From Oculatellaceae cyanobacterium bins.114 (GTDB taxonomy: Bacteria; Cyanobacteriota; Cyanobacteriia; Elainellales; Elainellaceae), in assembly GCA_033764315.1 (NCBI GenBank), contig JANRJA010000092.1, positions 1-64,000 on the forward strand: a DNA stretch of 64,000 nt, written 5' to 3'. The translations under genes were made by a program, and so were the position numbers. Below the pieces are notes generated by a model. That model made no database searches and was not told the DNA's origin. It saw only the letters and a list, made by a program, of their open reading frames with translations. This document shows, in pieces, positions 32,868-45,346 of the stretch; position 1 is the stretch's first letter; each line of letters begins with the position of its first letter.

Positions 32868-33794
32868 TCAACCTCGCTCTAGCATATCCCGCCCCCAGTG
32901 TGCCAGGTCAGCGGTTGCCTCATAAGTGCTTTGCAAAAACGCCAATAGCATTGCATCAGGATCACTTGCCTGTCGCACAATATCATAAGGCAGAATAAAT
33001 TCTTTCATTTGATCGCTATAAAACGCGGCTTGAGGCTGAATTGGATAATCCTTAAATCCCTCTGGTTCTGGATAGGCGTAGGCATAAAACAGCGGCTCTA
33101 CTGACCCTCCGCCTGCCCAAAACCCACAGCTACTCACCTCATGAGAGTAGGCTTCACGAGTCACCCAATCTGCCATGTTGGGCACTCCACCAGGATGCTC
33201 TGGAGCACGTCGCCCTGAAAACCGAGTCACTGCCAGGTCAAAGCTGCCCCAAAAGAAGTGTACAGGACTCGACTTACCCAGAAACCGGGAGCGAAATATA
33301 GTCATAACGCGATCGACTTGCACCAAAATTCGCCAAAACCGTTGAGCATACTCTGGGTCATAAGTGGTGTGGGTATAGTCCTGCTCAAAGGGAATGGGTT
33401 CTGCGACTTCTTGTGGCATTGTCCAGATGTGAACTTCGATGCCCATTGCAGTGAGCGCGCTCATCACCTGTTGGTAAAACTCAGCAACCGGACGAGACGT
33501 TAACGCAACGGTTTGCACCATACCTTCACTAGTTTGAATGTGAAGCTGATGTTCGAGAAAATCAAAACTAATTTGAAAGTTACCTGTTTTGTAAGGAATG
33601 GTAGAGGTAGTGAGACCGCGAGGGGTGACATATAACGTAGATTGCCACCAGTGATTGAGTTGAGGAGACAATGTTAAACGGATCTTGCCCACAATTTGAG
33701 TCCACATGTGCAGCGTTGCATAAGTGTCTTGCCAAGCATCGATCGGCAAGCTCGTCCAAACATCAGTCATGGTGCTTTGAGTGAAAGCAGTCAT
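32868..33794 (-). CDS. DUF5996-like conserved protein
   Basis: TLHMWTQIVGK, NHWW, HFFWGSFDLAVTRFSGR, EAYSHE. Confidence 0.8.
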   Translation of the reverse strand: MTAFTQSTMTDVWTSLPIDAWQDTYATLHMWTQIVGKIRLTLSPQLNHWWQSTLYVTPRGLTTSTIPYKTGNFQISFDFLEHQLHIQTSEGMVQTVALTSRPVAEFYQQVMSALTAMGIEVHIWTMPQEVAEPIPFEQDYTHTTYDPEYAQRFWRILVQVDRVMTIFRSRFLGKSSPVHFFWGSFDLAVTRFSGRRAPEHPGGVPNMADWVTREAYSHEVSSCGFWAGGGSVEPLFYAYAYPEPEGFKDYPIQPQAAFYSDQMKEFILPYDIVRQASDPDAMLLAFLQSTYEATADLAHWGRDMLERG

Positions 33795-33818
33795 TCAAAA
33801 ACTCCCTATTGATTCAGT

Positions 33819-34235
33819 TCATTCTGATTCACGAGTATTTTGTAACCTGTGAAAACTTAATACTCCCCGCATTCCCTGCCAAAAACAATAAATAAACGGT
33901 AAAAGGAGAGCCAAACTAACAACCAGTTGAGTAACGCTATCTACCCTACTTAAAAAAGGATTTATTCTTGTCGAGATGAATAGGAAAACTTGAATTAAAG
34001 CATTGATGATCGTCAGCGCAAACATCACGATCGCGGCGGTCGATCGTTTTTGATAAATACCTAGTGTTAGCCCAAATAGCAGAGCTATAAACAAGATCGA
34101 CGTGATATCGGTGGGGTTGACGCTTAATAAATAGAGTTCGCTAACGGCAGCAAGAGAGCTATAAATTAAACCGGCAATCCAGGCCATTTTAATTGCCCTT
34201 CTCGCTTGATTCATCTCTGAGAAATAGAAACGCAT
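33819..34235 (-). CDS. Small multi-TM membrane protein
   Basis: About four hydrophobic segments. Confidence 0.65.
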   Translation of the reverse strand: MRFYFSEMNQARRAIKMAWIAGLIYSSLAAVSELYLLSVNPTDITSILFIALLFGLTLGIYQKRSTAAIVMFALTIINALIQVFLFISTRINPFLSRVDSVTQLVVSLALLLPFIYCFWQGMRGVLSFHRLQNTRESE

Positions 34236-34337
34236 GTGCAGTTCCTTCGTTAGCCTTTCCCGTTAGTATCAGCTTACTGCAAATTAGTTGTTTAATTACT
34301 TGACGTAGAAACAACACGATGTGATGTACAGCTTAGA

Positions 34338-34438
34338 CCAATTTGAATTGAAATCAGGATAGATCGTTGTACGGGTTTGGCAGTACCAAACCCCTCCTAA
34401 ACTTTGATGTGCCCAAAAGTCTGTTTAAATCGGTATTA
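34338..34438. repeat. Dispersed repeat; inverted copy at ~44894-44997, partial copy at ~9226-9270
   Basis: Shared GTACGGG(T/C)TTGGCA..CCAA(A/G)CCC core and TTTAAATCGGT end. Confidence 0.7.
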
Positions 34439-34753
34439 GAACCCATTTTTTTGTTAAAGCTGGCTTAAAGACACCTGGATACCATCACCAAAAACCGGAG
34501 ATCTAGAATAGTCACACATAGAGCTAGAAATAGGTCTGAAATAGATTGGTATCAAGCACCCAGATCCCGGTGTATTCTAAGTTAAATTACAGAGAGCGAT
34601 CGCGCCTTGATAAAGTGGGAATCTTATAAATTAGATGTATTATGAAGCACACTAGCACTTCAATAATACTTATGAGTCAGGGTGCACAAATGACATTTCC
34701 CTTAGAAGAGGTTATCGTGCGATCAGGAACATCTCTTTTCAGGGAAAATTTCT

Positions 34754-37700
34754 ATGCAGGGTTTCCAGGATGCATTCATCTCTTATGGACGAGCAGATAG
34801 CAAAGCGTTTGCTGCCAAATTGCATCACCGCTTAGTCGAGCGGGGTTTAACCATTTGGTTTGACTTTGATGACATTCCCCTGGGTGTTGATTATCAAAAA
34901 CAAATCGACGATGGCATCAATCGGGCTGATAACTTTATTTTTATAATTTCGCCTCATGCCGTCAATTCACCCTATTGCCGCCTCGAAATTGAGTTAGCCC
35001 TGAAATGGAATAAGCGCATTATTCCCCTGATGCACGTCGGGCAAATTGACCGACACATTTGGCAAGAACGTAACCCCAATGGAACTGATGCCGACTGGGA
35101 GAACTATCAAGCCCAAGGGTTGCATTCCTGCTTCACTAACATGCATCCCAAAATTGCTAAAATCAACTGGGTTTATTTTCGCGAAGACCAAGATGATTTT
35201 GATCAATCTCTGGCCGGTTTACTCGATATCTTCGATCGCCATCAAGACTATGTGCATCAGCACACCCTATTTCTTGTCAAAGCCCTAGAGTGGGAAGAAA
35301 ATCAGCGGCGATCGCAATATCTGTTAGTCGGTGAAGAACGCCAGCAAGCTGAAACTTGGCTTAAAAAACGCTTTACAGACTCTCAGCCTCCATGCGTCCC
35401 TACTGAACTGCATTGCGAGTTTATCACCGAAAGTATCAAAAATGGCGAAAACCTGATGACTCAGGTATTTTTGTCCTATGCGACTGAAGATCGAAACGTT
35501 GCTCAAAAGATCCGATCTAGTTTGCTGCGAGAGGCATTTACTGTCTGGATCAACACCACCGATATTCAAACCGGAGTTGACTTTGAAAATGCCATTAAGC
35601 AAGGCATTGAAGAAGCAGATAACATTGTTTATTTACTCTCCACTAACTCCCTTCAGTCGCATTATTGTCAACTTGAAATTGACTACGCCCTCTCTCTCAA
35701 TAAACGGATCGTGCCAATTTTAGTCAGTGCGATCGATACTCAAGAATTACCAGCAGCACTCCGAAATCTACAATACATTGATCTGACCGACAACATCTTA
35801 GAAACTGACTATCAACAAGACGAAAATCAACTATTACGAGTATTACGGCAGGATGCAACCTATTACCAAGAACACAAGGTCTTATTAACCAAAGCCCTCA
35901 AGTGGGAACGATACAACTACAACCCCACATTTCTATTGCGAGGCTATAACCTACGTCATGCAGAGGCGTGGTTAAAACTAGCCCTACAACATCCGCGATC
36001 GCCCACCACCTCAATCCAAGAGAAGTTTATCGCCGAAAGCCAGCGACAACCGCCTGGAGTTGTAGTCGATGTGTTTATTTCTTACTCCCGCGCCGACTCT
36101 GGATTTGGTCGCCAGCTAAATGAGGCGTTGCAAATGCAAGGCAAAAACACCTGGTTTGACCAGGAAAGCATTGCCTCTGGAAGCGATTTCCAACAAGAAA
36201 TTTATCGCGGTATTGAAACCGCCAATCACTTTCTATTTGTTCTGTCACCCAGTTCTATCAACTCACCCTACTGTGCCGACGAAGTTGAGTATGCTGCCAA
36301 GCTCAATAAACGGGTTGTGACAGTCTTACATCGACCGATTAATCCAGCTAACCTGCATCCTGAACTAGCAAAAGTGCAGTGGCTTGACTTTAACCAACGG
36401 GATGGCGATTTTTCATCTAACTTCAAAGATCTACTGCGAATTTTAGATACAGATTCTAACCATTTAAAGGCTCACACCTGGCTCCTAGTCAGGGCGATCG
36501 AGTGGGACAACAAAGGACGCAGTGACAGTTTGTTGCTGCGAGGCGACGACCTAGAAGAAGCCGAGCAGTGGCTAACTCAAAGTCAGACCAAACAACCCGA
36601 ACCGACTGAATTGCATCAAAACTATATCAGGAAAAGCCGCGAAGTTGAGGCTGCTAACCAACGTCTGGCACAAGCAGGTGCACGAGCACAGCAAATGGTG
36701 CGAGTAGGGTGGGTCGTTCTCAGTGCGACTGTGGTTGTTGGAGCAACGGTGTGGGTTGGAGCACGACTGGTTGCTCAAAAAATGGTCGATAGTGCCGTCA
36801 ATTTGTGGCTCAAGAGCACGGTTCCTGCAATCTCTCGTGAAATTGGCACCCTGTTTAGTCAGGTCGGATCAACCCAACAAATTATCCGAGAAGCATTTAC
36901 TGACAAGTTGATTGATATTAACAACCAGAATGAATTAGAAGTCTTTTATATTACCCTGGCAAAAGCCCATCCAAGTTTAAATTGGATTCAATTTGGCTTC
37001 CCTAATGGAAACTACTTTGGATTACAACACACCCAAGAAGGCAACATTAATATTATTAACCGTGTTTATGATCCTCAGACACAACAAGCAACTCGGACGA
37101 TTGAATCTTATCAGCAAGTTAACGACTCTACATTAAAACTAGTCGATACGTTGTCTACGCCAGAAGATTACTATGCCCCTCAACGCCCTTGGTATCGGGG
37201 TGCGGTGGGCAACCCAGGTCGTCAAACCTGGACAGATGTTTATATGTTTGCCTCAACACAAACTCCTGGAATCGACTCATCGATCACGGTGCAGCAGCAC
37301 GATCAACTATTAGGAGTGATTAGTATTGCAATCGAACTCAGACAACTCTCAATGTTGTTAGAAAGATTGCAAGAAGGGCAACCGGGAGCACTATTTATTA
37401 TCACTCCAAAAGGAGAATTGATTGCCTCTAGTGATCTTCGAGATCTAGGTTTCACTTCAACAGAACGCGATGTCCCCGACCTGGTGACACTTGATGAAGT
37501 TAAGAACCCTCTCGCCAAATTTGCTAGCCAAGTGTTTCGAGCTCATCACACTCCTTTAGAAGAAATTAAGACGCAACAGACCTTTGAATATCGAGACCCT
37601 GACTCTGAGATCAAATATCGCATTGCTATTAATCCCATTCATCATCTCGATTGGAATTTAGTTGTAGTGATGCCAGAGTCAGTATTAACTGAAGAATTTG

Positions 37701-37837
37701 ACTCTTACAACCGCGTCACCACTACTGCGATCGTGTTGTTGGCACTCTTAATCATTGCAGCTGTATTTTTGCTCTCTAGGCAACAGCCTAAAGCTACAAA
37801 ACACAAATTGAGTAGTGTTGAGGTTAAACCCCTTTAA
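34754..37837 (+). CDS. Triple-TIR protein with TM - Cache-like periplasmic domain - TM
   Basis: Three F(I/L)SY...SxYCxxE TIR units; TM ~aa650-672; RPWY/WTDVY Cache motifs; second TM near C-terminus. Confidence 0.85.
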   Translation: MQGFQDAFISYGRADSKAFAAKLHHRLVERGLTIWFDFDDIPLGVDYQKQIDDGINRADNFIFIISPHAVNSPYCRLEIELALKWNKRIIPLMHVGQIDRHIWQERNPNGTDADWENYQAQGLHSCFTNMHPKIAKINWVYFREDQDDFDQSLAGLLDIFDRHQDYVHQHTLFLVKALEWEENQRRSQYLLVGEERQQAETWLKKRFTDSQPPCVPTELHCEFITESIKNGENLMTQVFLSYATEDRNVAQKIRSSLLREAFTVWINTTDIQTGVDFENAIKQGIEEADNIVYLLSTNSLQSHYCQLEIDYALSLNKRIVPILVSAIDTQELPAALRNLQYIDLTDNILETDYQQDENQLLRVLRQDATYYQEHKVLLTKALKWERYNYNPTFLLRGYNLRHAEAWLKLALQHPRSPTTSIQEKFIAESQRQPPGVVVDVFISYSRADSGFGRQLNEALQMQGKNTWFDQESIASGSDFQQEIYRGIETANHFLFVLSPSSINSPYCADEVEYAAKLNKRVVTVLHRPINPANLHPELAKVQWLDFNQRDGDFSSNFKDLLRILDTDSNHLKAHTWLLVRAIEWDNKGRSDSLLLRGDDLEEAEQWLTQSQTKQPEPTELHQNYIRKSREVEAANQRLAQAGARAQQMVRVGWVVLSATVVVGATVWVGARLVAQKMVDSAVNLWLKSTVPAISREIGTLFSQVGSTQQIIREAFTDKLIDINNQNELEVFYITLAKAHPSLNWIQFGFPNGNYFGLQHTQEGNINIINRVYDPQTQQATRTIESYQQVNDSTLKLVDTLSTPEDYYAPQRPWYRGAVGNPGRQTWTDVYMFASTQTPGIDSSITVQQHDQLLGVISIAIELRQLSMLLERLQEGQPGALFIITPKGELIASSDLRDLGFTSTERDVPDLVTLDEVKNPLAKFASQVFRAHHTPLEEIKTQQTFEYRDPDSEIKYRIAINPIHHLDWNLVVVMPESVLTEEFDSYNRVTTTAIVLLALLIIAAVFLLSRQQPKATKHKLSSVEVKPL

Positions 37838-37985
37838 CACCATTAAATCCATGAAATCAGGACTGGGTGTAGGGTTGGCGCGATCGCACTCCTCTCAACT
37901 CCAATGCCCTTAGTCCAATTCTGGACGTTATCAGACCCTTCTACCCTCATCCAAAACCTATTCTTTCAATCGCGTCAAAATACTT

Positions 37986-38203
37986 ATAGCTACCACCACT
38001 TTATTTAGGCTAGAGGGGAGTGGGGGGGCTGCGCTCCCAGCCCGCTTTCGACATGAGTGCTCAAGCCGAAGGGAGTTCTACCGTTCGGACTTCGGCATAA
38101 GCTCAGACGTTCGGTGATGCTCAGTCGAGTCGTCGAACCGTCAAACGCTGAACTCACGATGAAGCCCCTGCAGCCCGTTCTAACCCAAGTGACTATGGCT
38201 ATA
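37986..38203. repeat. MITE-like repeat (TATAGC...GCTATA) containing GCTCA REP-like units
   Basis: Terminal TATAGC/GCTATA; internal TTCG...GCTCA..CGAA motifs. Confidence 0.7.
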
Positions 38204-38502
38204 AATAACAACAGACAGAGGGCGTTCTTCAATAATGCTCTCTATGTAGTTTATGGTGGTTGCAACACGCTGCTATGGTCTTGCTAAGCTATGGAGAGAG
38301 TTAACTTTAGCTACTTAACCACCCAATTCCTTAACTTTCGCTTAGATTATTAATAGAGTCAGTGTGCTGAGTTACAATTCCAATAGAGTTTTTGTCTGAT
38401 TCATCTGTCTATAGATAAGTGCATGATCAGGAGTACAAATTCTCAAAATTAACTACGGAAATGGCATCGATTCGACCTTTTTTGAGTTGTTTCTGTTAAG
38501 TC

Positions 38503-41500
38503 ATGGCATCAGCACAAAATTCTGACTCAGATCGTTCTTCAAACTCTCCAGACTTAATCGTTACGGCAGAACAGGTTGCCACACTTCAGGCAAAAAATGC
38601 TGATTTAGAACGACAGGTGCAACAGTTGCAGCAGGCACTTGCTGCCAGTGAAGCGAGCCATCATGCCTCTAAAACAAACTTAAATGGCATTCTCAATAGT
38701 GCGATCGCCGCTATTGCTAGCTTTCGTGCCTACCAAAACCGAGAGTGGCACTATGAGTATCTCTCTAGTGGATGTGAAGTTGTGTTTGGCTACACTCCAA
38801 AGGAGTTTTTAGCAGACCCCGCTCTTTGGAAATCACGGATATTTCCAGAGGATTTTACGAATGTCATCAGTCCTGCGATCGCTCAAATCTTTGCAGGAAA
38901 GCCTTTTCAAATGGAGTATCGTTTCTATCACAAAGATGGCAGCCTGCGATGGATCTGTGACAGTATAACGTCTGAGCGAGATGAGGTAACCGATAGCTGG
39001 CTAGTAACCACCGTTACCTTAGACGTGAGTGAACGTAAACAAACCGAGGTGGAGTTACAGCGTAACCGTGATTTCATCGAACGTGTCACTGACGGTTCAC
39101 CGCAGTTGCTCTACATCTTTGACCTTGTTCAACAACGTAATTTTTATATAAATCGTCAAATCACCGCTATTTTGGGCTATACGCCAGAGGAGATTCAGGC
39201 GTGGGGCAAGCAATTTTTTTTGGACTGTCTTCATCCTGATGATCTGCTGAAAGTTCAACAGGCTCTCCAAGGTTGGGACAGCGTTCCTGATGGAGAATAT
39301 GTAGAACTTGACTATCGTCTGCGTCACAAAAATGGCTCCTGGTGCTGGTTACGATCGCGCGATGTGGTGTTTGAACGAGACGAGACTGGGGCACCCACCA
39401 AAATTCTAGGAACAGCAGTCGATATTAGCGATCGCAAGCAAGTAGAAGAAGCACTGAAATTAAGTGAAGAACAACTGCGTCAAATCGTTGAGAATATTTC
39501 CGATGCTTTTTTCTTAAAGGACATGGCAAGCGGGCAGTTAATTTACACTAACTCTGCCTATGAAACTATGGTTGGGCGATCGCCCCAAGTATTCTATGAC
39601 AACCCAGATGCTTGGACAGAAACAATTCACCCTGACGATCGAGCCGTTATCATGGCTAAATATCAGCGGGAGAAACAAGGCGTCAGTTTTTTCGATGATG
39701 AATACCGCCGGGTTCATGCCGATGGTTCTATTTATTGGGTGCGGGATCGCACTTTCCCCATTCGTGATGAGCACGGCAATATTTATCGTTGTGCTGGGGT
39801 CGTTCGTGACATCACCGAACGCAAACAACTGGAACTAGCCCTTCAAGCCTCTGAAGCCAAGCTCAATGACATCCTTAATAGTGCAACGGCTGCCATTTGC
39901 AGCCTCCGGGTGGATGAAACAGGTAGCTTTGAATATGAGTATATGTCATCGGGTTCTAAAGCCGTCTTTGGTTACACCGCAGATGAATTTGTATCTGATA
40001 AGACCTTATGGCGATCGCGCGTTTTTCCAGAGGATCTCGGTCGAGTGCTTCCCCCCGATCAAATTACGCAAGAAATCACCGATATCGTACCGTATCGCTT
40101 TTATCGTAAAGACGGCAGTCTGCGCTGGCTCTCTAACCATATTAAAGTTAGGCGAGATGAAGCGACTCATACCTGGCTGATGACCATCATTGATATCGAT
40201 ATTCACGATCGCAAGATGGTTGCGATCGCCCTTGAAGAATCAGAGGCAAAACTGAGCGATATTTTGAACAACGCTGGAGCCGCTATTACTCGGTTTCGAT
40301 TGTTTACTCATCTCAAGTGGGTCTATGAATTCTATTCCTCCGGCAGTGAGACAATTTTTGGCTATTCAGTAGACGAGTTAATGAACACAGACGGGTTATG
40401 GCTATCCTGTGTCCATCCAGATGATTTACAACAAGTCCATCTTCCAGCACTTCAAGATTTGTATGCCGAACGTTCTGCCACGATCGAGTTTCGTTTCCGT
40501 CAAAAAGATGGCTCTTGGCGATGGATTTCAGAAACAGCCAGTTCAAAGCGAGACGATGCAGCGGATTGTTGGATTGTCACTTGTGTTGCTACTGACATTA
40601 GCGATCGCAAACGAGCCGAGGAAGCATTACGACAGAGCGAGCAAATTTTTAGACAAGCATTTGAAACGAGTGCATTTGGCATTAGCCTGCGGTCTCCTGA
40701 CGGACAATATCTGCGGGTCAACCAAACCTTCTGCCAAATTTTAGGGTATACAGAAGCTGAATTGTTGACATTGACCTATCGCGATGTCACTCACCCAGAT
40801 GATCTCGCGATCGCCCCAAACGAGACTCTCCACAAACTTATAGCTGGAGACATTCCCTATTACCATCTTGAAAAACGGTTTTTGCACAAACAAGGCCATA
40901 TTGTTTGGGGATTGATCAGCATGTCAGTGGTGCGCGATCTCCAGCAACAACCCCTTTACTTTGTCACTCAAATTCAAGATATTACCGTTCGCAAACAACT
41001 AGAACTGGCATTACAAGCCTCCGAGACAAAACTCAATAACATTCTCAATAACACGATCGCAGCTATTTCGAGTTTTAGAATCTTGGCTAATTATGATTAC
41101 AAATATGATTATTGGTCTGACGGGTGCGAGGCTATCTATGGTTATAACGCTCAGGAGTTAATGAATGACAAGTATCTCTGGATCTCGCGTGTTCACCCAG
41201 ACGATGTCGAGAGAGTCATTGCAGCAGAACTGGCCGCTATCTTGGCTGAAAGCACTCTGTCCTACGAGTTTCGGTTCTATCACAAAGATGGGTCGTTGCG
41301 CTGGATCTCAGTAGAGTTGCTCTCTAAACGAGACGAAGCCGCAAATTGTTGGGTTGCTAACTGTGTTGACATTGACATCACAGAACGCAAACAAGCTGAA
41401 GCAGCGTTGCGCTTAAGCGAAGAACAACTTCGTCAAATCATTGAAAATATCCCAGATGTATTCTTCTTAAAAGATGTAGCGACTGGAGGGTTAATATATC

Positions 41501-43239
41501 TCAACTCAGCTTATGAAACGCTGTATGGGCGATCGCGCCAGTCGTTGTATGACAATCCTGATTCCTGGACAGAATCAATTCATCCCGATGACTTTGCCCA
41601 CATTCAGACTAAATATCAAGAGGAATTACAACAGTTCGTTTTCTTTGATGATGAATATCGTCTAACTCGTCCAGATGGCTCCATTCGTTGGATTTGGGAT
41701 CGTACGTTTCCAATTCGCGATGACCAAGGCAAGATTTATCGCTATGCTGGTGTTAATCGTGACATTACCAATCGCAAACAACTAGAGCTAGCACTGCAAG
41801 CCTCTGAAGCCAAGCTTGATGATATTCTCAACAGTGCGATCGCGGCTATCTCTAGTTTTAGAGTATTTGCCAATCGAGATTGGAACTATGAATATTGGTC
41901 TCATGGTTCCGAAACTATCTATGGATACACTCCTCAAGAATTGATGGCTGATCAGCAACTCTGGGTATCTCGCATTCATCCAGACGATTTAGAAACCATT
42001 ATCTTGCCGGGTTATGCCAACATTTTTGCAGCATCCACCTTTTCTTTAGAGTTCCGGTTCTATCACAAAGACGGGACTTTGCGCTGGATTAGTGGAGCAT
42101 TTATCTCTCGTCGAGATGATCACAATAATTGTTGGGTCGTGACCGTAGTTAATATCGACACGACCGATCGCAAACAAGCTGAGATTGCCCTCCGCCATAG
42201 TCGCGAAGAATTGCGCCTGATCACCAATTCGCTGCCTGCCTGCATTGCTTACTTTGACGCTGAACAACGATATCGCTTTGTCAACAACACCTATGAGCAA
42301 TGGTTTGGATACCCTACTCAAGCCATTTTGGGTAAACACATCCGAGAAGTGATCGGTGAAAGAGCCTATGCCTTGACCCAGCATCACATTCAACAAGTTC
42401 TGACTGGACAGACAGTTCAATACGAAATGGAGAAGCCCTATACAAACGGTACCCGATATGTCTCCGCTATGCTCGTTCCTAATATTGATCCCACCACTAC
42501 AGAGGTGCAAGGTTGTTATGCGCTGATTACTGACATTAGCGATCGCAAACAATTTGAAAAACAGTTGCAGAAATCACTGCGTGAAAAAGAAATTTTGCTA
42601 ACTGAAATTCATCATCGAGTCAAAAACAACTTACAAGTCATCTCTAGTCTGCTCGATTTGCAAGCTAATCGTTCTCAAGATATGCACATCCAAACTGCAT
42701 TAAAGATCAGTCAAGACCGTATTTTATCAATGGCGTTAGTGCATGAAGCCCTTTATCGGTTTGAGCAGTTTGCCGAGATGAATTTTGCCACCTATGCAGA
42801 AGGTCTAGTCAATCACTTACTCAGTGGGTATGCGTCGCCAGGGCAAACCGTCATCGTTAACCTTGATATAGATCCAAGCATTACCATCGCGCTAGATCAA
42901 GCTGTGCCCTGTGGTTTAATTCTCAACGAATTGGTGACTAACGTGATGAAATATGGATGTCGGGATGGAGAACCCGGACATTTATATGTCCAGTTAGAAC
43001 GAGTCACAGAGTCAAATATTCAACTGACTGTCGGAAATGATGGGGATACGTTGCCTAAAGACTTTAGTATTTCTAAGGATGTGTCAATTGGCTTTACCCT
43101 GGTGCAGGTTTTAACTGATCAACTCAAGGGTAAGTTTGATATTGACCGAGACGACTCCCCCGTTGGAGACACGACTGCCCATCGCACTTTGTTTAAAGTG
43201 ACATTTCCCCACCACCCCACCTCAAATTTAGATCTGTGA
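38503..43239 (+). CDS. Multi-PAS sensor histidine kinase (HisKA_2 type)
   Basis: About ten PAS/PAC repeats (HPDD, DITERK); [17 protein letters not shown]. Confidence 0.92.
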   Translation: MASAQNSDSDRSSNSPDLIVTAEQVATLQAKNADLERQVQQLQQALAASEASHHASKTNLNGILNSAIAAIASFRAYQNREWHYEYLSSGCEVVFGYTPKEFLADPALWKSRIFPEDFTNVISPAIAQIFAGKPFQMEYRFYHKDGSLRWICDSITSERDEVTDSWLVTTVTLDVSERKQTEVELQRNRDFIERVTDGSPQLLYIFDLVQQRNFYINRQITAILGYTPEEIQAWGKQFFLDCLHPDDLLKVQQALQGWDSVPDGEYVELDYRLRHKNGSWCWLRSRDVVFERDETGAPTKILGTAVDISDRKQVEEALKLSEEQLRQIVENISDAFFLKDMASGQLIYTNSAYETMVGRSPQVFYDNPDAWTETIHPDDRAVIMAKYQREKQGVSFFDDEYRRVHADGSIYWVRDRTFPIRDEHGNIYRCAGVVRDITERKQLELALQASEAKLNDILNSATAAICSLRVDETGSFEYEYMSSGSKAVFGYTADEFVSDKTLWRSRVFPEDLGRVLPPDQITQEITDIVPYRFYRKDGSLRWLSNHIKVRRDEATHTWLMTIIDIDIHDRKMVAIALEESEAKLSDILNNAGAAITRFRLFTHLKWVYEFYSSGSETIFGYSVDELMNTDGLWLSCVHPDDLQQVHLPALQDLYAERSATIEFRFRQKDGSWRWISETASSKRDDAADCWIVTCVATDISDRKRAEEALRQSEQIFRQAFETSAFGISLRSPDGQYLRVNQTFCQILGYTEAELLTLTYRDVTHPDDLAIAPNETLHKLIAGDIPYYHLEKRFLHKQGHIVWGLISMSVVRDLQQQPLYFVTQIQDITVRKQLELALQASETKLNNILNNTIAAISSFRILANYDYKYDYWSDGCEAIYGYNAQELMNDKYLWISRVHPDDVERVIAAELAAILAESTLSYEFRFYHKDGSLRWISVELLSKRDEAANCWVANCVDIDITERKQAEAALRLSEEQLRQIIENIPDVFFLKDVATGGLIYLNSAYETLYGRSRQSLYDNPDSWTESIHPDDFAHIQTKYQEELQQFVFFDDEYRLTRPDGSIRWIWDRTFPIRDDQGKIYRYAGVNRDITNRKQLELALQASEAKLDDILNSAIAAISSFRVFANRDWNYEYWSHGSETIYGYTPQELMADQQLWVSRIHPDDLETIILPGYANIFAASTFSLEFRFYHKDGTLRWISGAFISRRDDHNNCWVVTVVNIDTTDRKQAEIALRHSREELRLITNSLPACIAYFDAEQRYRFVNNTYEQWFGYPTQAILGKHIREVIGERAYALTQHHIQQVLTGQTVQYEMEKPYTNGTRYVSAMLVPNIDPTTTEVQGCYALITDISDRKQFEKQLQKSLREKEILLTEIHHRVKNNLQVISSLLDLQANRSQDMHIQTALKISQDRILSMALVHEALYRFEQFAEMNFATYAEGLVNHLLSGYASPGQTVIVNLDIDPSITIALDQAVPCGLILNELVTNVMKYGCRDGEPGHLYVQLERVTESNIQLTVGNDGDTLPKDFSISKDVSIGFTLVQVLTDQLKGKFDIDRDDSPVGDTTAHRTLFKVTFPHHPTSNLDL

Positions 43240-43297
43240 ATTTAGCAATGCCGTGAGGCTCCGTTACACTCAAAGGGTTGCCTCTCAAAAATGCATT

Positions 43298-44845
43298 ATG
43301 CCATCTTCTATTCAGCAGGAACCTGCACTCCAACCCCTAGATGAATACAATCAAACCCTCATGTCTCATGTTCATCCGCCTGATTGGGTTAACCCCAGTC
43401 CAGCGAGTTGTTATGATCTGGTCGTGATTGGGGCTGGCACAGCAGGATTGGTAGTTGCGGCTGGCGCAGCGGGATTGGGGCTAGGTCTCAAAGTTGCCCT
43501 GATTGAAAAAAGCCTGATGGGTGGCGATTGCCTCAATGTTGGTTGTGTGCCTTCTAAGGCTGTCATTCGTTCGTCGCGAGTTGTGGCTGAGATGCGAGAT
43601 GCAGCGCCATTTGGCATCCACCCGCCCGATGCGATCGCCATCGATTTTGCAGCTGTGATGCAGCGGATGCGGCGCATCCGTGCTGAGATTAGCCCCCACG
43701 ACTCCGCAGAACGGTTTCGCCAATTGGGGATCGATGTGTTTTTAGGACATGCCCAGTTTGTCAGCAAAGAGGCGATCGCGGTTGGTGAGAGTCAGTTGCG
43801 CTTTAAAAAAGCCGTGATTGCAACAGGGGCTCGTGCGACTCAACCCTCCATTCCAGGTTTGACAGAAGCCGGATATTTGACTAATGAAACCGTTTTTTCG
43901 CTCACCGAACGCCCCAAACGGTTTGCCGTAATTGGCGGAGGGCCTATCGGCTGTGAATTGGCTCAGGCATTTCAACGACTGGGTAGTGAGGTGACACTGT
44001 TTCACAAGCATGGGCATGTGCTCGATCGCGAAGAGGCTGAAGCTGCTGATATTATTCAACAGCAATTGATCCGAGAAAAGCTGCAATTGGTGCTCAACAG
44101 CACGCTAGAAAAAGTGGAAAAAACTGATGCAGGAAAGGTGATCCACTACCAACAACAGGGGGTTGCTAAAACCATCATTGTGGACGAGATTTTGGTGGGG
44201 GCAGGGCGATCGCCCAATGTAGAAGGGTTAAATCTAGAAACCGTGGCCGTTCAATACGATGCCAAACAAGGAGTGATTGTAAATGACTACCTCCAAACTA
44301 CAAATCCTCGCATTTATGCGGCTGGAGATATTTGCATGAACTGGAAATTTACTCACGCTGCTGATGCTGCTGCTCGCATCGTGATTAAAAATACCCTGTT
44401 TTCTCCCTTTGGTTTAGGACGTAGTAAACTCAGCAGTTTGGTTATGCCCTGGGTGACTTACACAGACCCAGAAGTCGCTCACGTTGGGCTATATGAGCAA
44501 GAAGCACAGGCCAAGGGATTAGACACAACCACGATCACTATTCCTTTTTCATCGGTCGATCGAGCCTTGGCAGATGGCGAACCGGAAGGCTTTGTCAAAA
44601 TTGTGCATCAACGCGGATCTGACAAAATTTTGGGCGCAACTATCGTGGCACGTCATGCTGGAGAAATGATTAGTGAAATCACATTGGCGATCGCCACTAA
44701 ACAAGGACTCAGTGCTCTTTCGGGGGTGATTCACCCCTATCCCACTCAGGCAGAAGCCATCAAAAAAGCAGCCGATGCCTACCGACGAACGTTGCTCACT
44801 CCTCGCACTCAATCGTTGTTAAAGATTTTGACTAAGTTGAGTTAG
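43298..44845 (+). CDS. Mercuric-reductase-like pyridine nucleotide-disulfide oxidoreductase
   Basis: GAGTAG, GGDCLNVGCVPSK, GGGPIGCE, HPYPT; lacks the C-terminal Cys pair of true MerA. Confidence 0.85.
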   Translation: MPSSIQQEPALQPLDEYNQTLMSHVHPPDWVNPSPASCYDLVVIGAGTAGLVVAAGAAGLGLGLKVALIEKSLMGGDCLNVGCVPSKAVIRSSRVVAEMRDAAPFGIHPPDAIAIDFAAVMQRMRRIRAEISPHDSAERFRQLGIDVFLGHAQFVSKEAIAVGESQLRFKKAVIATGARATQPSIPGLTEAGYLTNETVFSLTERPKRFAVIGGGPIGCELAQAFQRLGSEVTLFHKHGHVLDREEAEAADIIQQQLIREKLQLVLNSTLEKVEKTDAGKVIHYQQQGVAKTIIVDEILVGAGRSPNVEGLNLETVAVQYDAKQGVIVNDYLQTTNPRIYAAGDICMNWKFTHAADAAARIVIKNTLFSPFGLGRSKLSSLVMPWVTYTDPEVAHVGLYEQEAQAKGLDTTTITIPFSSVDRALADGEPEGFVKIVHQRGSDKILGATIVARHAGEMISEITLAIATKQGLSALSGVIHPYPTQAEAIKKAADAYRRTLLTPRTQSLLKILTKLS

Positions 44846-45346
44846 AGGGTTAGGTCATTAGTCCATCGTCGATGGGTATCGTCAATGGGTTCTGACACCG
44901 ATTTAAACGGATTTTTGGGCAGATCAAAGTTCAGGAGGGGCTTGGCAGTGCCAAGCCCGTACCAGGATCTGTCGTGTTTTCAATTCAAATTGGTATGACA
45001 CGATGGGTCGCTGAGGGATCTACCCTTCACCCTGTTTCTTTAGGATGTCTGAGAAATTTTTGATGGTTAAAACCGTGACTACAACAACCAAGTCTGCCGT
45101 TGCGGACTCAAGCCAATCCAGGCTTTTGTCACCTGCGGAGGCAGATTGTGCTCGTGTAGCGTTCGGCTGAGGCTCATGCTGAAGTCTGCAACTTTGGTCG
45201 CCAATGTTGCCTAAATGTTGCCTAAATTTAGACTTTTAAGACACCCTCTACTATCTAAAATTCTCATTTTGACTGGTTAAGCTGGCATTACACTGGCGAT
45301 GGATACTGGTGATGGATATTGTTTCAAAACAGTTTCAAAACAGCCT

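Noticed and set aside
38005..38287. ORFs of 75-76 aa
   Set aside because: They overlap a MITE/REP-like repeat and show no protein motif
38503..43239. Internal sequence duplications in the large kinase
   Set aside because: Ordinary PAS-module amplification
43298..44845. True merA mercury-resistance gene
   Set aside because: No C-terminal Cys-Cys pair and no mer operon neighbours
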